DNA of 63,799 nucleotides, counting the filler. It is 11 parts of 11 records of this genome, joined end to end, with 100 filler letters (N's around TTAATTAATTAA, not from the genome) between each part and the next. Parts side by side here need not be neighbours in the genome. Positions count along the whole stretch, not along the records: positions 1 to 12,329 come from SRR15195285_3226; positions 12,430 to 19,148 come from SRR15195285_3229; positions 19,249 to 23,170 come from SRR15195285_3232; positions 23,271 to 28,554 come from SRR15195285_3234; 7 more parts are not named here. The stretch is one strand, 5' to 3'. The notes under the pieces are model-generated. The model was not told the origin of the DNA and did not search any database. It saw only the letters and a program-made list of their open reading frames with translations. The translations under genes were made by a program, and so were the position numbers. Shown here piece by piece: positions 11,874 through 23,312 of the stretch. The first letter of the stretch is position 1, and every line of letters begins with the position of its first letter.

Positions 11874-12329
11874 ATGCCCACCGTGCTGCTGCTGCTGATG
11901 CTGATGCTGCACACGATGCACATGCACACGTGTGCCGACGCTGTGCCGTCCCTGAACACATCTCAGCACCTGCAGCAGCCCAGCCGCCGCCCAGATTGGG
12001 AAGCCACCACCGAAGCTGTGATCGTCTGCGCCGATCCTGAGTCGCCCAATCCTTTGGAGTGCACATTTACAGCACCGGCCGATGGGTCGTACTCCTTCAT
12101 ATGGGCAGAACAGCCCACTGCTGGCGGATTCGACCTGATCAAGCTCGGCCTGGAGCCCGTCACTGCCATTTACGTCGGCGATCGGTTCGGTCGATTTTTC
12201 ACAGACTGCTGCGACGGAGGGCCATGTGAGTTCCTCGACACCAACCTGGTCCGGTACGATGGTGGGGCATGCACTGGGGCTGCGTCTGCGCCGATTCCCG
12301 GCGACCCGCCACCCCCGCCGCCGCCGGAC
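11874..12329 (+). CDS. Putative secreted protein, 3'-truncated at contig end
   Basis: Hydrophobic N-terminus MPTVLLLLMLML, Cys-containing body and a poly-Pro run that reaches the contig break. Confidence 0.5.
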
Positions 12330-12429
12330 NNNNNNNNNNNNNNNNNNNNNNNNNNNNNNNNNNNNNNNNNNNNTTAATTAATTAANNNNNNNNNNNNNNN
12401 NNNNNNNNNNNNNNNNNNNNNNNNNNNNN
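12330..12429. other. Artificial contig linker
   Basis: N44-TTAATTAATTAA-N44, which places stops in all six frames. Confidence 0.98.
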
Positions 12430-12513
12430 CTCTGCTGACCGTTGAGGCGGCGCGGCGTGCGGCGTTGAGGCGGCACGTTCCCCCGCTGTCCAACCAGGCG
12501 TGCAGCTCTGGTG

Positions 12514-15459
12514 ATGCCGACGGATGACCACGTGAAGGTCGGGGTGCGCATCAAGCCGTGCGACGGGCCCTCGAGTTGCGAGGGGGACACGCTGCACAAT
12601 AAGGTGGTGCTGGCGCGCTCGGCGCACGGAGCCGCGCGGCGCTACACGTTCGACCATGTGTTCGACGAGCAGGCGACGAATGCGGAGCTGTATGAGTCCG
12701 TCGGCGCCCCACTGCTCCGCTCGGCATTGGACGGCTACAATGCAACGCTGCTCGCTTACGGCCAGACTGGCGCGGGTAAGACCCACACGATCATGGGCCA
12801 GGGCCGAGAAGACCCTGGTGTCGTGATGCGCCTGGTCTCGCAGTTGTTTCACGCCGCCGACAAGCAAGGCAAGCACATTCAGTTCTCGATGCTAGAGATA
12901 TACAACGAGCGCATACGCGACCTCTTCAGCGTCCGCCGCACAAGTACTGAGAGCCTCAGAATCCGCGAGGACCCGGCGACAGGCCCTTTCGTTGAGAATC
13001 TTTCGTGGTTCGTCGCGGAGGACCGGGAGGCGATGCAAGAGCTGCTGAGCATCGGCGCGGAGGCGAGGACCGTGCGCTCCACGCACAACAATCAGCATAG
13101 CTCACGCGCTCACACTGTCGTGCAGATTGCGATTACAACACTTCAATCTAGTGAGCAGTCCAATAGCACTGGGAGCAGCATGATTTGTGTTGTGGACCTG
13201 GCCGGAAGCGAGCGTCACGACGCGTCCGGCACGGTGGCTTCTGTGGGCCCCAAAACGCTGCGCGAAGGCTGCTCGATCAACAAATCGCTCACAAACCTCG
13301 GCCTCTGCATTTCAGCTTTAGTTGCTGCAGGCCCTGGTGGTGCCGGGCGTGGAGGAAACCAGTCTCCTCGACGCTTGGCTGCCCTCGGCCTGTCGCCAAG
13401 TGCGCTCCGAACAGGCGGCCAGCGCTCGGGGAAGAGCCACATTCCCTATAGGAACTCAGCCCTGACATGGCTGCTCCGCGAGTCGATTGGTGGAAACTCA
13501 AAGACGGCCATTTTGGCGTGTGTCAACCCGGAACCTCGCCATCGCGAGGAATCGCTGTCGACGCTGCGTTTTGCTGACCGTGCTAAGCAGCTCACTACGC
13601 GCGTTGACCGCAACGTAAACATGAAGGCAAGCGTATCAAGGGCAGCACGTAGGGACCGCATCCTGCGAGAGCACGGGGTGTTTGCTGTCGGCAGTGACGC
13701 GCAGGCTACTATAGATGCCCTGCGAGAGGAAGTTCGCCGGTTAGAGTCAACACTCCAGGCACACGGTGCCGACAGTGGGCAAGGACCTCCATGCCTGGTC
13801 CCAGGGGGATTGATAACCACCGTAAATGGCCGCAGAGTCGAAGGTTCGGCCGACAGACCGGTTGCGTTCAAACACGGCGATCGCGTGACTGTGTGGGATC
13901 CAGCATCGCAACAGGAGCACGCGTTCCTTCATCTAAACTCGACCGAAGCACCAAAGGAACGGCTTGCCGATGGACGCACACCACAACCGGTAGTTGCTGC
14001 AGCCAGCGAAGAAGAACAGAACCAAGAGACAGCACATGCTGAGGCTGAGCATGCAGCAGCCACGCTCGGTTTGGACAGTTCTATGGTGTCCTTCCTTGAA
14101 GCAGAAGAAATGGCTTATGAATCTCGGTCACGGCGCCTTTCATTAGACTCTTCGCTGCCGACGGTGCTCGATAGGCCTCCTCTTGACCAGGCTGGGCAGC
14201 GATCCAGCCCAGAAGTCTCGGAGCAGGGGGGGTCGACCTCTCAACCAGGCTTGGGAGAACGGAACAATTACATGGACTCACTGCATCGTCACAAGAAGAG
14301 ACAACGCCGACGGAGCCGTATGGCACTCAAAACCTCCGCAGTCGCTTGTGGTGGCAGAAGCATCCCATCACGGGTACCGGGAGAAGAGCGGGGCCCGGCA
14401 TCACGCTATGATGCACTGATCAAATGCAGCTCTAGCTGGGCACCGTGTGCTGTCTTCATATTGGGCTGTGCTGCCGCTGCCTTTTTTCCGTCGACTGTCC
14501 AAAATGAAGAGCCACGGCTAGCTAAAGGCGAGTTTAGCGTCGACGCTACGGGAACAGGTTCGCAGATGCAGCAGCCTATGTCTCCAATGCAACCTACTAC
14601 CAGCAGCACCATATTTGACTGGGCCCCGAGTGTTATAGGTGTTCTCGGATGGACGATGCTAGTTTACATGATCTTAGGGCGATGGCGCCGGTGGCTCGCA
14701 TCACAGACGCCGCAGTTGGACAAGCGTCCTCGGCAGAGAAGTGCAACGAAATTGAGGGAGCCGTACACAGAGAAAAAGTTTGTCGGCAACTCAGAGAAGA
14801 TGCAGAAGCGTAGCCATCAACGGCGGTGCGATGCGGGCAGAGCTTCGACAGACAGACATACTGACGATACAGAACGACACTTGCGCCGCCGGCAGAGGCA
14901 TCAGCGTGAGCTCAATGAGCGTGACAGAGCAACGACCTCCATCGACCAGGACCGACGACAAGATAGGAGACGACAGAAAGAGCCTGCGTACCGTAGTTCT
15001 GAGTCAGGTGCACGGACGACTGATCACAGGCAGCAACGGCAGCTCAATGGAGAAGTGGTCGCTAGCCATGTCGGCAAAGATCAGAGGCGCGGCCAATACG
15101 GTCGCAACTATTCTACAGCTGGCGGAAAGGCGTTGCAGGACAAGACTAACACGGCAACTCGAGATCATGGGGACACTATACCACCGGTGGTATACCGGCC
15201 AGGAAATGCACACTGCGATGAAGAAAAGGATCGTTGCGGACAGCGGCGAAGGGAGCATGTGGGCGGCAAACATCAGCACGGACAGCGACTCGATGAGCCA
15301 CTGCGGGACTCACAACAGAGGCAGCGTGGGCTATCCGAGCCCCACAGATCTCAGCCACACCGCCACCAAGCGATGGCACACAATCATGATAAGCCAGCAA
15401 AGCCACCTCGAAGTGCTGAGGCATGGCAAGAGCAATGCTGTGACGCGCTTGCTGTGTGA
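12514..15459 (+). CDS. Kinesin motor protein (kinesin-3-like) with partial FHA-like segment and two C-terminal hydrophobic segments
   Basis: VKVGVRIKP, YTFDHVF, P-loop AYGQTGAGKT, EIYNE.IRDL, NQHSSRAH, VDLAGSER, INKSL and HIPYRNSALTWLLRESIGGNSKT. TTVNGRRV...KHGDRV resembles the C-terminal half of an FHA domain. Confidence 0.93.
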   Translation: MPTDDHVKVGVRIKPCDGPSSCEGDTLHNKVVLARSAHGAARRYTFDHVFDEQATNAELYESVGAPLLRSALDGYNATLLAYGQTGAGKTHTIMGQGREDPGVVMRLVSQLFHAADKQGKHIQFSMLEIYNERIRDLFSVRRTSTESLRIREDPATGPFVENLSWFVAEDREAMQELLSIGAEARTVRSTHNNQHSSRAHTVVQIAITTLQSSEQSNSTGSSMICVVDLAGSERHDASGTVASVGPKTLREGCSINKSLTNLGLCISALVAAGPGGAGRGGNQSPRRLAALGLSPSALRTGGQRSGKSHIPYRNSALTWLLRESIGGNSKTAILACVNPEPRHREESLSTLRFADRAKQLTTRVDRNVNMKASVSRAARRDRILREHGVFAVGSDAQATIDALREEVRRLESTLQAHGADSGQGPPCLVPGGLITTVNGRRVEGSADRPVAFKHGDRVTVWDPASQQEHAFLHLNSTEAPKERLADGRTPQPVVAAASEEEQNQETAHAEAEHAAATLGLDSSMVSFLEAEEMAYESRSRRLSLDSSLPTVLDRPPLDQAGQRSSPEVSEQGGSTSQPGLGERNNYMDSLHRHKKRQRRRSRMALKTSAVACGGRSIPSRVPGEERGPASRYDALIKCSSSWAPCAVFILGCAAAAFFPSTVQNEEPRLAKGEFSVDATGTGSQMQQPMSPMQPTTSSTIFDWAPSVIGVLGWTMLVYMILGRWRRWLASQTPQLDKRPRQRSATKLREPYTEKKFVGNSEKMQKRSHQRRCDAGRASTDRHTDDTERHLRRRQRHQRELNERDRATTSIDQDRRQDRRRQKEPAYRSSESGARTTDHRQQRQLNGEVVASHVGKDQRRGQYGRNYSTAGGKALQDKTNTATRDHGDTIPPVVYRPGNAHCDEEKDRCGQRRREHVGGKHQHGQRLDEPLRDSQQRQRGLSEPHRSQPHRHQAMAHNHDKPAKPPRSAEAWQEQCCDALAV

Positions 15460-15623
15460 TGGCGACCCACACAATAGAGCACTGCATGCTCGTAATTCAT
15501 AGCAGTTGCGTTCCCTGTCTGATCTCGTCTTCGTGTCCCCTCAAACCTTGCCCTCTAAAGGTCTGCTACATACAGCTTCAATCCATCTGCCCATTGCAGT
15601 TCCTAGTTGCCATCCAGCACATG

Positions 15624-18600
15624 CTACCGCAAAGACCAAGGCTGCGGTACTGCACGACCCCATACTCCGTGTTTAGGGTGTATCCGCTTTTTCTTGGCCC
15701 ATTGAGCGTACCAGCGCGCCATCTTTGCGTTTGCATCACCCACTGCTGCATCATGTGCAGCTTCATCGTCCGTTGACAGCGACGCTGTAGACGCGCCTGG
15801 ATACCATCCAGCTACTTGCACAGCAGTAGACACCTCGTCAATGCATGCAGCTAACACTACCGGCCGCGGAGCAAGTGCCCCCACACCAGCAATTCGGCGG
15901 CGCTCTCTTTCTTGTAGCTCGAGGTGCAGATCTGCTCGCGCTGCATCCATTCTCGCATCTAAGTTATCACGTGTGACGTCGTACATAGCCCCATCGGCAG
16001 AACTCCATTCTCGTATTCCCACTGCATCATCCAACTGGCTCCATGTTCGCTTGGTCGGCTGCCGCGCACCACCACCAGCATCGACACCAGTGTTGCCTGC
16101 TCTTTGGGCGCCTGTGACTCGGTTGCTGTGATCATCTGTCGCATGTGACTTAGCAGGGTTGAGCTCACCTGATCTGAGGTGGCCGTCCCGCGCCAGCTGT
16201 AGTCGAATATCAATGTATGGGAAGTCTTGATCGACCAGTCGCTCGCGGATCAGCTTCATACTACTGATGTCGCCGCCATCCGCTTGCACACTGTCCACTG
16301 CGGCACGGACAGCTTTTACATCCTCGGACCGCAGACGCGGTAGCCGGTCGAACTCTAGAGGCCACCCATTCATGTACACATCGAGTAGGTAGCCGATAAC
16401 GGTGTCAGTCTTGACCGTCTTTGCACTGGCAACCTCATCAACCGAAAGCCCAGCTTCTGTGAACATTCGGTACGCCTCTTGCTTCGTGGGCCCGATCTTC
16501 GGCAGTGTTCGAGCAACAGTCTTTGGTTCTGGGGGCGCCAGATTGCGATCGTGCAATCCTCGCCTAGCACAAAACGACTCTATGACGTCGAACAGCTGCT
16601 GTCCATACTTAGCCAGTCTCTCCTCGCCTACTCCATCAATCTCACCTAGCTTTTCAACCGTAGACGGACGATATTTCGCAAATCTATGCAAGGTCTCCTC
16701 ACCACATACAATGTAAGGAGCAATCTCCGCCGCTTTCGCAAGGTCATCGCGCTCCAGCTTCAACTCCTTGAAAAGGGCATCCTCGTGCCTTGCCCTTGCG
16801 TTCGATACCCTTGCTGTCTGCACACGATCTGAGAATCCCTTTGTGCCACCAATCGCTGTGTTTGCACGAGGGTTCGACCAGCCGTACAGGTGCTTGTCCA
16901 ATGCCGCTGCAACATCTGCCGGTAGACCTGACATCGCAGTGCCTGGTAGCTTCATCGCCGGGTCTTTAAGCAGCTGCTCGCCCTTTAGCCCAATCGCATA
17001 TGTGACAAATGGTCTAATGTTGGACCCATACCCAACTCCTGCCATTGACGCGTTCCGCTTTAGTACGTTGTCTCCTACGAGGACCTGGGCTAAGCCTTTC
17101 CAAAACACTGCTGGGAGTTCTTTGCCCTTGCCAAATATTGGAAATTTGGTCAGCTTTGCCATGCCGAACCGGTCCACGAGTCCCGTGGCGCGTGAACCTC
17201 GCAGAACGTCCACTGGAACGTTCAGTCCGTATCTCTGTCCAGTCTGTTGAATTGCGGCCAAGAGTTGTCGCACATACGGCGTCAAATCAATCAGCTCTGA
17301 AGCTGCGCCCGTCTCGGTGCACACACGACGACAGCAGTTGTCACAACGTGAGCCACACGGTGTCACGTGGGCTTCCCCGAAATGCTCACACAGTAACCCG
17401 TGGCGACATGAAGCAGAGTTGTTGAGGTAAGATTCCAGCTGTTGACGGGAAATCATGAATTGCTGTTTTGTACTTTCCTCGGACATATCTCGCAAGTAGA
17501 AGTCAAACAAAGCCAAGTCCGCACGTGACCAGAACAAGGTACAGCTTGCTAAGCCACCATCACGGCCCGCTCGACCGCTTTCTTGGTAGTATGCTTCGAG
17601 CGTCTTCGGCGGACCGTAGTGGATGATCTGCCGTACGTCCGGCTTGTCGATCCCCAGGCCATAGGCAACTGTGGCGACGACGACTGGAGATTGATCGCGC
17701 ATGAAAGCAGCATGTGCCTTTTCCCGCGCAGAGTTGCGCATGGAACCATTGTAACCGACAGCATTGACTTTGCGAAGGAGCAAGAACTTCAGAACCTTAT
17801 CGGCAAGTTTCACTGTTGGCACATAGATGATCGTGGCGCCTTCGTTGCAACCAGCACCTGTGAGCAGCGGGAGCAGGTCGGTTTCCATTTGATCTTTCAT
17901 TTGAACCGAATACGATAGATTTGGCCGCGCAAAGGAGGTTAGCGTAACCTCGGCGGAGCTCATTGCGAGCTGCCTACAGATGTCCGCACGCACGTCACAT
18001 GTCGCCGTCGCTGTTAGTGCCATGCGAGGAACGTTCGCGAGGTGTGTGGACAAAGTTGGGCCGATCTGTCTGTACGCTGGACGGAAGTCGTGACCCCATT
18101 CCGACACACAGTGCGCCTCATCCACCGCTACGAGAACAATATGTGATGTCCCACCCCGACGATGCAGTCGTGCCAGCCGCTCCGCGAAGGATATCAACTT
18201 TTCTGGGGTGAGATAGACAAGCTCATACTCTCCAGCTGCGACACGGTCGTCGACTGTGGTATCGGTCTGCGCGGAGCCGAGAAAGCAGGCCCGAACACCC
18301 ATCGCACGCATCTTTTCCACCTGATCGTGCATGAGCGAGATGAGCGGCGACACGATGATTGCACAGCCGAGCCCGAGCAGTCCCGGTAATTGGTAGCAAA
18401 TGCTCTTGCCTGCACCCGTGGCCATCACCACCAGATGGTCGCGCCCCTCGAGCACTCCACGAACCACACGCTCCTGCTCAGGACGGAAGTGGCGATAGCC
18501 GAGACGCCGCTGCATCACCGCAAGCACATCCTCTTTTGTTGCAGCGAGCGGCGAGCGCCGCGCTGTTTGGCAAGGGCCGCACGGGTTTCCCGCGGCAGAG

Positions 18601-18973
18601 TCCCGGTACGCAGTGATTGCGGAGCGCAGCGCATCGTTCGGACGGAGGGCTTTAGACGCGAGCGGCACACGCGTGGTCGGGCTGACCGTGTCGGAAAGCA
18701 TCCATCGCTGCGCCGAACGTGCATGGAACACCGAATCGTAGAGCCACGGCACACACACACGCACAGCGTGTGAGCGAGCAGGCGAGTCGCGCACTGCAGC
18801 ACCAAAGAGGCGTGCGAGCGGAGAGGGGCTCGGGGCGTCACCTCGATAGCAGCACGCTCGTAGTTGACGCCGTCGCTTGCCAACACGGGGTCAGCCATCA
18901 GCGTCTTCCCGATCGGGCAGAGGAACACCGCGGGCGGTGCTTGCCCAACGACACCTGCTGGCTCGCCAGGCAT
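15624..18973 (-). CDS. U-box fused RecQ-family DNA helicase (RQC, HRDC, HTH)
   Basis: Intron 18708-18841 joins the U-box FLCPIGKTLMADPVLASDGVNYERAAIE|RWMLSDTVSPTTRVPL..LRPNDALRSAI. RecQ motifs ATGAGKS, VDEAHCVSEWGHDFRPAY, TATA and YYQESGRAGRDG. Also a Zn CR..C..CDNC motif, an HRDC domain and a C-terminal HTH. True start is uncertain. Confidence 0.92.
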
Positions 18974-19148
18974 CGCCCACCACGGTACGCTGAAGCCCGC
19001 ACGCCGCACGCACTGCCAGCACGGGCGCAGCAGCTAGCCCGGCGGCCCCTCGCGCATCACTGAGGCGGTCAAGCAGTACGACCTGCTAGTCCACTGGACA
19101 GCTCCAGCGCCCGCTGCGGCTCCAGCTCCAGCTCCAGCTCCAGCTCCA

Positions 19149-19248
19149 NNNNNNNNNNNNNNNNNNNNNNNNNNNNNNNNNNNNNNNNNNNNTTAATTAA
19201 TTAANNNNNNNNNNNNNNNNNNNNNNNNNNNNNNNNNNNNNNNNNNNN
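19149..19248. other. Artificial contig linker
   Basis: N44-TTAATTAATTAA-N44. Confidence 0.98.
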
Positions 19249-22200
19249 GCTGCTGCTGCTGCTGCTGCTGCTGAGTCGCAGGAGCGGCGGGCCGCGAAAC
19301 TTCAGAGCGTCGAGCGGACGCACGCGGCGACGGTGGGCAGGCTGGAGGAGCTCGAAGCGTCCGCGTTCCCATCGTCGCTCGCGCAGGGCCGCGCGCTTGC
19401 AGTGGCGCGGCTCTGCAAAGATGCGGCGCTCAAGGACGGCGGCATCATTGGGGAGGGCGGCAATCCGGTGGCCTACGAGGAGGTGGTGGCAGCAGCGCAG
19501 CAGTTGGTTGTGGATTTCCCGGAATGGGATGAGGCGCACCACCAGCTTGGCTGCACTCTCGTCGGCGCGCATAGGTGGGACGAGGCGGTGGAGGCGCACA
19601 CATCCGCTGTCAAGATCAACCCAGAGCATCAGGGGGCACGTGCCGCGCTCGCCGCGAAGGAGGAGCTCGATCGCAGGCTGCGGATCGAGGAGATGCAGGA
19701 GCGGCGGCAGCTCTCGCTGGAGCGGGTACATTCTGCGCTTACGCGCCTGCCCGGGCCGGGAGGCTACGCCCGCGGGCAGATGCTGCGTATCTCTAGCCTA
19801 AAGGGCGCTCCGCAACATAACGGCAAGACCGGCCGGTGCCTCTCGTTCAACAGTGCGAAGGGCCGCTGGAACGTGGAGCTGGAGAGTGGCGAGCGCCTCG
19901 CACTCAAGCCAGGCAATGTGTCGTTGGAGCACGACAGCGATGCACCGGCCTCGATATGTGACAACGGGCACGAGATGGACAGAGACGAGCTGGCGTGCGC
20001 AGACACTCCGGAGCGCAGGGCCGCTATCGCAGCCGAGCAGAAAGTTGCCGGCAACGGTGCGTACGGCACAGAAGACTGGGATCGAGCCCTTGAGTGCTAC
20101 GCGAACTCCGTGGCAATGTCAGACAGCAACTGCAAGATCTCTGCCAAGACGTACAGCAATTTGGCTGCGACACTCTGCAAGCTCTCATTGTACGAAGATG
20201 CCCAGGAGTGTGCCGCGCGTAGTACTGACGTAGACCCGTCCTGGGCGAAAGGCTGGTGGCGCCGCGGTGTGGTCGCAACGCTGCTGCGACAAGAAATGCA
20301 AGCAAGTGCTTACTACCGGAAAGCAGTGGAGCTTGATCCAGATTCAGAGGTGTTTCGATCGGCGTTAAAGAAGTGCATGTCGATGGTCCGTTCAGATGTG
20401 CGCTTCATTGACGAGACTGAGGATCCATCGGTTTCAACTGCTGGTGGTGCAGTGAACCCAGGGCGCGGTGTTCACATTCAGGATTCTTATCCGACGACGG
20501 GCCCACCGGCTGCTTGGCGCAATGTTGTGCAGATGGGCTGGAATGCGTGGCATTTGACAAATCAGATCGAGGGCGTCACGCCTATGGATATGCACAGATT
20601 CGATCCGGAGGGCGCCGATTCTTTATCGGTTCAGATTCGTGACTCTGTGACGTCGAACATGTTCTTGATACTCGGATTAAGAGATTTTGCGGAAGGAATG
20701 AAAGGAGGACTTGCCTCGCTCGTGCTGTCGGTCGGCGCATCGTCCACAGCGCCTCAGCCCTGTCGCGAAGCAGTGCAGCAATTTCGAATGATGGAAAGCT
20801 CCGGGCAGCTCGACGACAACCAGCTCAAGGTAGCCGCTAACGAATTGTTGGGAGGGGATCCATACGGCGCTTACGATACCCTCTTTGCCGGCGTCGTGCA
20901 CTTGTGTGGCCAGCACATTTGGATTCAACACCATACAGTCACAGAAACAGATTCAGGGCCGGCACCTGAAAACTGTCTTGCTCCTCCAAACGCATTGTTA
21001 TGTAACATGCCAGGGCAGCAGCCACTTGCATTGTGCTTGCTGGTAGCAAATCGGCACCAGGACTGCAAAAGGACGTTTGGTAGCAAGATGTTGGAGCCGT
21101 GAGCCTTCTGCGTTCCACGTTTGTTTGATTAATTCTCGCTGATACTTGTCCTGAAACCAATGCCCAGACAGACATTGCATTCGAAGCTGATACCACGACG
21201 TGCTGATTTGGCACACGTACAGGGAAGCGATCCAGGCAGCAGTGGAGACGTATATGACGAACGCGGGTGGGCACCGGCAGAAATCTGCGTTCTCAGCGAA
21301 GAAAGTGACGGTCGCTGCAGCTCTGAAATACATCAAGAAGGTGCTCAAATCGGGAATCTCATGGGATGCGGGCGTACGGAAGCTTGTGTCGCTGTACTAC
21401 CGTGGGTCAATCATCTACGCTCTGCTGGTTCGATTTCTTGGCGACGCCAGTGGAGCTTACAAACACATTGCTTGGGCTGTTGAGTTCATCGACGAGGCGG
21501 ACAGGCAGTTCCACGTCACGCGCGACAGCTCTTACGCAGAGAAAGGATCAGCTTTTCAGCCGAGTCTTCGTAGATCGATCATGCTGATGCAGCTTGAGAC
21601 GCACCGGGCCCTCCGTGGTGCCACCTTTGAGCTAGAGCGCGGACCGTTCCCCGTTGTGAGAAACCATGCCCGTTTACTGTCAGTGTGTTGAAAATGTTAG
21701 TTTACCCGGCAAACGTATGTATGCCTCAGGGTAAGGAAGTGGACATCTGTCTGGCCGTTATCAAGTCCACAAGTGAATTTCCACCTCATCGCATGGGTCA
21801 AGCACATGTCATCTCAGATGCAGCATTCCGACGGAAACCACTGGCTACGGCACACTCTTGTCTCGCGTCTCTTTTATCACAGATGCCAGGTCACTTCGTG
21901 GTGCATGGTTCAGCCGGTACAGAGCGGGTGATGATCGGCAATACATTCTTTCATGAGTGGATGTCGGCAAAGGGTTTGTACGAAGACAGCAGAGACTTTC
22001 ACGCAGTCATCACGGAGCATTACCACCGTGCTGCGCATGTGCAGTTGTTGGACGCGGGGGATGCTGCAATCCTCTGGTGGGGATACGGTGGCAACATGGT
22101 TAGATCAAGTGAGCGTGGTGACGGACAACCCGGTGGCTATCGTCTTGGCGAGCTGCGGCATGCGATAGCGATGGCACGAAAGTGTGCAGCACAGCGCGAT

Positions 22201-22703
22201 GCACTTCTGTTTGGCAAGGATGACAGTGTGGGTGGTAGTTTTGAGGCGCAGGCGACAGTGACGGCACAGCATTTTGTGGACAAGGAGAATTCCTTTGTCC
22301 TGCCTGGTTCGCAGCTAATCTCGTCAACTGCGAGACCAGGCGCACTACGAATGGTGATTCAGGGCGAATGCGTGTGTGAGGATATGTCACGGTTTATGTG
22401 AGTGACTACTAGCCATCGCTGCCCAACTTATGTTGTTTTACCATATTGCTGCTTGTTCCATCCACGAGCAGGGAGACGGATGCGCGGCGCAACACAGTGA
22501 GCTCCTCCGATCAGAAGCGTGAGGAGGCCATCGCCACTGTCGAAGCTGAGCACGGTACCACAACTCTCATGCTAGGGCCACCGAAGTTGGCGCTGCTCTG
22601 CGTCAGGGAGCTGCATCGACAGGGGCATCAATGCGCTGCGGGTGAGGCCAATCCAACTGAAGTAGCGACAAAGTTGATGGCAGTGGGCTTGGGTCATGAT
22701 TAG
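19249..22703 (+). CDS. TPR-repeat protein with SH3-like insert and C-terminal BC-box-like motif (5'-truncated)
   Basis: TPRs such as KVAGNGAY..EDWDRALECY, YSNLAATLCKL and SWAKGWWRRG. Introns 21099-21222, 21656-21729 and 22398-22471 restore frame. C-terminus contains PPKLALLCVREL. Confidence 0.8.
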
Positions 22704-23170
22704 CGTTCCAGTTTTTGGTGCTGTCGGTGATGTAGATACCGTAAACTGATGCGAAGAGAAGTTTTTGAACGCTAGATCATGGCTACCATCCTAGCCTTCG
22801 CTCTCCTCCCCTTGCTAGCGGCGTGTTCCTTTTTGTATATATTACGAACACATACGTGTGGGAGCTAGTTTGACGCAAAATTATCCCCGAAGATTGACTA
22901 TTGTACACGTAGATCTAGATCTAGAATTTTGGGCCAGGATAGCCGGTGACGATAGTAGTAGGAAATCAATTATCAATTATTGGTAGGCGCAGCTCTGTCT
23001 CTCTTTTGATTGCTACTACCGGTATGTCGCTGAAACGCGTCCGACAATACGGTAGGATCCTACAGTCCCAGCGTCTGTCTTTTCATCGTGATCAACACCA
23101 CCCTGTGGATTCAAGCGGTGCATGAAGTGAGTCTGGATGGGTGCCGCGCTCGTCGAGGAATGAAGATGAT

Positions 23171-23270
23171 NNNNNNNNNNNNNNNNNNNNNNNNNNNNNN
23201 NNNNNNNNNNNNNNTTAATTAATTAANNNNNNNNNNNNNNNNNNNNNNNNNNNNNNNNNNNNNNNNNNNN
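23171..23270. other. Artificial contig linker
   Basis: N44-TTAATTAATTAA-N44. Confidence 0.98.
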
Positions 23271-23312
23271 GGAAATAATAGGGTATTTCTAGAGCTACCC
23301 TATACCGTGGCT

